From assembly GCA_025594325.1 (NCBI GenBank), contig JANHCV010000001.1, positions 3,410,001-3,474,000 on the forward strand: a stretch of 64,000 nucleotides of DNA. The letters are read 5' to 3'. Origin of the DNA: Blastocladiella emersonii ATCC 22665. Lineage: Eukaryota; Fungi; Blastocladiomycota. Of the stretch, positions 59,444-64,000 are shown one piece after another (within the stretch, counting starts at the first letter, position 1; every line of letters starts with the position of its first letter). The translations under genes and the position numbers were made by a program. The notes beneath the pieces are model-generated. The model saw nothing but the letters and a program-made list of their open reading frames with translations, did not search any database and had not been told where the DNA came from.

Positions 59444-60955
59444 ATGACCCTCCGCAACTGTGAGTACTACGTAGTCGCTTGTCGCCACGCACCCTCACAG
59501 ACCTGGCGCGCGCCCGTGGCACCGAACGCCTGCCGCCCATCATCGGCACGCTCGGCCATCACCTCCGTCTCGTTCGGCGTGCGATACCCCTCGCACCCGC
59601 ACCCGACCTCGATCGCCGGACCCACACCACCTGCCTCTGAGCCACCCCTGTGCGCTCGGTGGTGTGCGGTCGGATCGCATGGTCTGCGGCCGATCGAGAC
59701 GAATGGGATGGGCCGGCCACGGGGCCTCCGCGCACCAGTCCATCCATCCCTGATTCACCTTGACCCCTTGTCAACTTGCCGCCACTCCCCACTCGCACCA
59801 TCCGCGTCCCGGTCGTCGATCGAGGTGATACTCGGACGGCCGCGCACCGGAGGTGACGGAACAGCGGTGCAGATGACAGCCGAGGGTCTCGAGCGTTGGT
59901 GGGAGGAGCTTGATTTGCGCTGGGCTCTGGACCTCGACGAGTGCATTGGATCTCTTTCGGTGCTCCTGTGGGTCGGCCATCCTCGGTCCTCATGATCCTC
60001 TGCCTCCTGTCGTCGCCCATCCCTCGCACACACGGTCTTCACCTGCACCGGTCCGGGTCTCCGCGGCCCACCGGTGCCAGTCACACATCTCGCTGGTCGT
60101 TCCTGTCCTCGCTATCGAGCGGTCCCCTTCGCATGCACGCTCGCGCTCTCGCACCTTCTCGGTACCTCCGCCTGCTGCCCGCCTCGGGGCCATCGTCCTG
60201 TGACTGGGTGTTGCGCCACCCTCCTGCCCATCTTCGTCTCGACCCCCTCGGTACTCGGTCGGCATGCCTCGGCTCGCCGGCTTGTCTCTTCTCCCGCCTC
60301 CGTCGCCGCGCGTCGTGTGGGGGCGAGCGTGCAAGTTGCTGGTTGTCGCACTTGCCCGCTTGCCCTCGTCGCAAGGAACTCTTTGACTTACTCTGCTCGG
60401 TGCAACCCCTCAGACTCGAAGACCTACAAGGTCCCCCGCCGCCCCTTCGAGGCCGAGCGCATGGACCAGGAGCTCAAGCTCATCGGCCAGTACGGTCTCC
60501 GCAACAAGAAGGAGATCTGGCGCATTGGCCTCATCCTGTCCAAGATCCGTCGTGCCGCCCGTGACCTGCTCACGCTCGACGAGAAGAACTCGCGCCGTCT
60601 CTTCGAGGGTAACGCTCTCATCCGCCGCCTGATCCGCATCGGTGTGCTCGACGAGTCCAAGGCCAAGCTCGATTACGTGCTGGGCCTCAAGATCGAGGAC
60701 TTCCTCGAGCGTCGCCTCCAGACCCAGGTGTTCAAGACCGGCCTCGCCAAGTCGATCCACCACGCCCGCGTCCTCATCCGCCAGCGCCACATCCGCGTCG
60801 GCAAGCAGATTGTGAACATCCCCTCGTTCGTCGTCCGCCTCGACTCGCAGAAGCACATCGACTTCGCCCTCAACTCGCCCTACGGTGGTGGCCGCGCTGG
60901 CCGCGTCAAGCGCAAGCGCCTCGCTAACGCCAGCGAGGAGGAGGCCGACGAGTAA
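59444..60955 (+). CDS. RPS9: 40S ribosomal protein S9 (uS4); exons 59444-59459, 60414-60955
   Basis: [55 protein letters not shown]. Confidence 0.97.
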
Positions 60956-61250
60956 GCTCGCCCCTCTCTCCCCCGCTAGTGCGCCTCGGTGTGTGTGTCC
61001 TCGTTTCCCTCGCGGAGTGTCTGAATACATGCCCTGTCGCTGTCAATCAATTATTTGTCTCTCGTTTGTCTTGTTCCTGAGCTTGCCCCTTCTCGTCGCA
61101 GTTCGAGCGAGAACGTGTCGATGACTTAAAAGGCTTGTTGGCCGTCGGGGGACCGGCGTCGGTGCTCACGGCCATGGCCATGGCCATCGTGAAAACAAAG
61201 ACGCACCGTCGCATATAACGTTTTATATACACTTGCCCCACGGCCTCGCT

Positions 61251-63042
61251 TCACACCCCACCCTCAAAGTTGGCCATGGGATCGTCGCGGCGCGCGCGCA
61301 TCATGCGGTGCGCCTCGAGCTCCTCCTCGGTCACGTCGCGGTGCTCCCACTCGCGGCCGCTCGGCCCGCCCGCCGCGTCGGAGCCCGCGAGCTTGGCGCG
61401 TTTGCGCTCGCGCTCGAGCGCCTCGGCGAGCTTCTCCTTGGACAGCTCGATTTCGCCCTCGCCGAGGTGCTTGCGCTTGGACGTGAGCACCGGCTTCCCG
61501 TCCACGGCCGCGGCCGCAGCGCCCTTGCCCTTCTTCTTGGCCGCCTTCTTCTCGGCCGCGAGCCGCTCGAGGTGCTCCTCCATGAGCGTCTTCTGCGGCG
61601 CGCCGTCGCCCTCGGTGGCGCCGCCGATCGTGACGGCGAAGTGCGATGCGGCGGCGTTGGCCTCGCGACCCGCGGCGCCCGTGCAGTACGAGTTGTAGAC
61701 GGTGTTGTGGCAGCACGCGAACCCCCAGAGGCCGTTGGTCCAGTAGGACCCCCAGACGGCCGTGTGGTTGTTGTGGAACTGGTCCTCGGGGTACTTGGAG
61801 CGGGCGACGGCCTTCTCGACGCCCTTGATGACGCGGCCGGTGCGCGAGTACTCGACGTAGTCCTCGGTCTGCTGCAGCAGCTCGGGCGGCGGTTTCGACA
61901 GGTGCTCGGCGCCGCCGTACCGGTCGAGGATCGACGACCGCTGGCGGTCCTTGACCTCGTCGCGCTTCTTGAGGTACTCGCGGTACAGGAACTCGGCCTG
62001 CGACGGGTTCGCCTGCGCGTGCACGTCGTTGCCGCGCTCGGCGGCGCGGTGCGTGAACATGACCGTCTTGGTCATGGCGGCCGAGTTGCCCGTGAACCGG
62101 AACGCCGCGTCGCCCGCGTAGTCGACCTCGTCCGGGTTCTTGTCCTTGTACGGGTTGTCGCGCATCGACCGCGTCTTGGGGTCGTAGTGCGCCGACTCGA
62201 GGTCGAGGTTGCGCAGGTACTTGGGGATGTCCTCGCGGATCCGCAGGTTGCGCACCGTCTGCCGCGACTTCATGTCGAGCTTCTGCCCCGCCATGTCGGC
62301 GCCCTCGGCGTACTTGTCCTCGTCGGCCTCCTCGTCGCTCGACGTGTCGACGTCGGCCAGCGTCTCGACGGGCCTCCCGCTGGCGGCCTCGGCGGCCGCG
62401 CGCGCCTTGAGCTCCTCGTCCATCTTGAGCGCCTTGGCCTTCTTGCGCTGCTCCTCGACGAGCTCCCACTCGCGCATCAGCCGGACGTGCTCGGCCGCGT
62501 CGTACCCGTTCCACCGGTCGCGCTTGGCCTCGAACCCGAGGTCCACCTGCTGCACCACCTCGTCGGCCTGGATCGCCGCCTGCGTCCATTTCGCGCCCTT
62601 CTTGCGCGGCCGCTCCATGCACTCCTTGGTCTTGTGCGACATGGCCCCGCAGTTCTCGCACGCGCCCTTGCGGAACTTGGTCGCGGCGGGACCCGCCCGC
62701 GCGCCGCGCGCGTACCACTTGTCGAGGTCGTCCTTCTTCGGGTCGTCGGTCGCCGAGTACGGCTTGCCGTCGGACCGCTGGTGCTTGAGTGACGGTGCGC
62801 CCGTGTCAATGTACCCTGGACGATGACGATGGCCGACGTCGTTGTCAGTCGATGTGGCCAACATCAGGTGCAGAAGAACCAGGGAAGGCCGTACATGGCG
62901 CCTGCACAATGTACTGCGGGATGTGCGGGTTGATCTCGTTCCCCTCCTCGTCGACCTCGGGCGGCGCCGTCCCGGCCTTGCGCGCCGCGTCCAGGTCCTG
63001 CTTCTTCTGGTACTCCTCCTTGGACAGCTTGCCCGATTGCAT
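61251..63042 (-). CDS. SLU7: Pre-mRNA second-step splicing factor Slu7
   Basis: GNEINPHIPQYI..AP, SLKHQR, FRKGACENCGAMSHKTKECMERPR, KRDRWNGYD, RNLRIREDIPKYL, WGFACCH. Confidence 0.95.
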
Positions 63043-63184
63043 GATGTTACGTGGTGCGCGCGGGCTGGGTGCGCGGCGGTGATGGAGGTCGGAAGAGGTG
63101 CGGCTCGAGGAGGATGTTCATCGCGGCACTGCGTCGGCCGCGGCCCTCTCTCCCCTCCGCGAAGCATGCAACGGAACCCCACCC

Positions 63185-64000
63185 ATGAATGCAAATGAAC
63201 TGAATCGAGCCGCCGAGAGCGCCGTCGCGGCCGACCTGGCCCGGCTCGACCCGGACCCGAGGGTGGCCCTGCGGATCGCAAACGAGGTCGGCCACGGTCC
63301 CCGTGCCCTTCGTCGGGCTGCAGATGCTGACCCTGGCCCACGTAGCTCTGGAAGGTGATCAATGAGGCTATGCAACGGTCTGCCGTCCATTTCGGTGCGC
63401 TTTAGACGACTCTGGCCGCGCGGACGCGACCCTGACGACCACGCCGTAGAGGGACAGGGACTCGAGGCCGCGTTCGAGCTCGTCAAGCAGACGACGCTAC
63501 TGCGCAAGCGGCTTCTCGAGGCGTACAAGGGTAGGTACGTTGGCCCCGCGCCGAGTCGCGACGTCGTTCGCTGACGCGGGGACTCGGCGGTAGCGCACAT
63601 CCTCGCACAGTTTGAGCAGGTCTACAAGGCCAGCATTCTCCGCCTTCTGTCGCGAACGGTACGACACTGTCTCCGTGCAGCTGCGCTGACCGCAGTCTCA
63701 CTCGCTCGCGGAACGAACAGAATGGGCTCAAGCACGCCATCAACGGCCTGCACGCGCGGCGCACCACGATCCTCGCGTGGTACTCGGCCCTCGGCGCGCC
63801 GGACCGCGACGTGCGCGAGATCCGCGACGTCATTGACGTGCAGCACCTCGACCTGCTATCGCCCGAGATCCGAGCCCGCGCGTGCGCCGCGCTGTACGAG
63901 CTCGACGGGTCCTTCAGCTTCCCGCTCGACGAGGCCGCGCGGGAGGAGGTCCTCACATCTTTGAACCTGCCCATCGCGTCGCTGCTCGCGACTCCCGCGG
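63185..64000 (+). CDS. Multi-exon protein of unknown function, runs off the window
   Basis: ATG at 63185; successive GT...AG short introns link helical exons (..AFELVKQTTLLRKRLLEAYK..). Family not recognised. Confidence 0.55.

Noticed and set aside
58123-60413. Annotating snoRNA genes in the ribosomal-protein introns
   Set aside because: No complete C/D or H/ACA box set could be identified by eye; kept only as hypotheses in findings.

Overview
GC-rich, intron-rich eukaryotic DNA from a fungus (PMT4, SLA1, Zn2Cys6 factor). A TMEM216-family ciliary gene suggests a flagellated (zoosporic) lineage; this is inference, and the species cannot be named from the sequence. About 30 gene models are present, mostly conserved housekeeping genes with short (~50-85 bp) GT-AG introns. 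Two structures stand out. (1) A 12.6-kb quasi-palindrome: two 6,179-bp arms (15574-21752 and 21978-28156) that look identical, separated by a 225-bp spacer. It duplicates three genes (ECH1-like isomerase, SVIP-like protein, 2OG-Fe(II) oxygenase) around a gene-free, lower-GC core of decayed Ty1/copia and gag-like sequence. Both outer junctions lie 22 bp upstream of the ECH1 ATG, so the two copies have different 5' ends. (2) Nested DNA transposons at 6713-10032: a TA-flanked CAGT...ACTG element with 220-bp TIRs contains a 1,940-bp Mutator-like element with an 8-bp TSD, 95-bp TIRs built from subrepeats, and a spliced SWIM-finger gene. Gene boundaries were read by eye from splice signals and protein motifs. 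No database searches were run, so family calls rest on recalled motifs.
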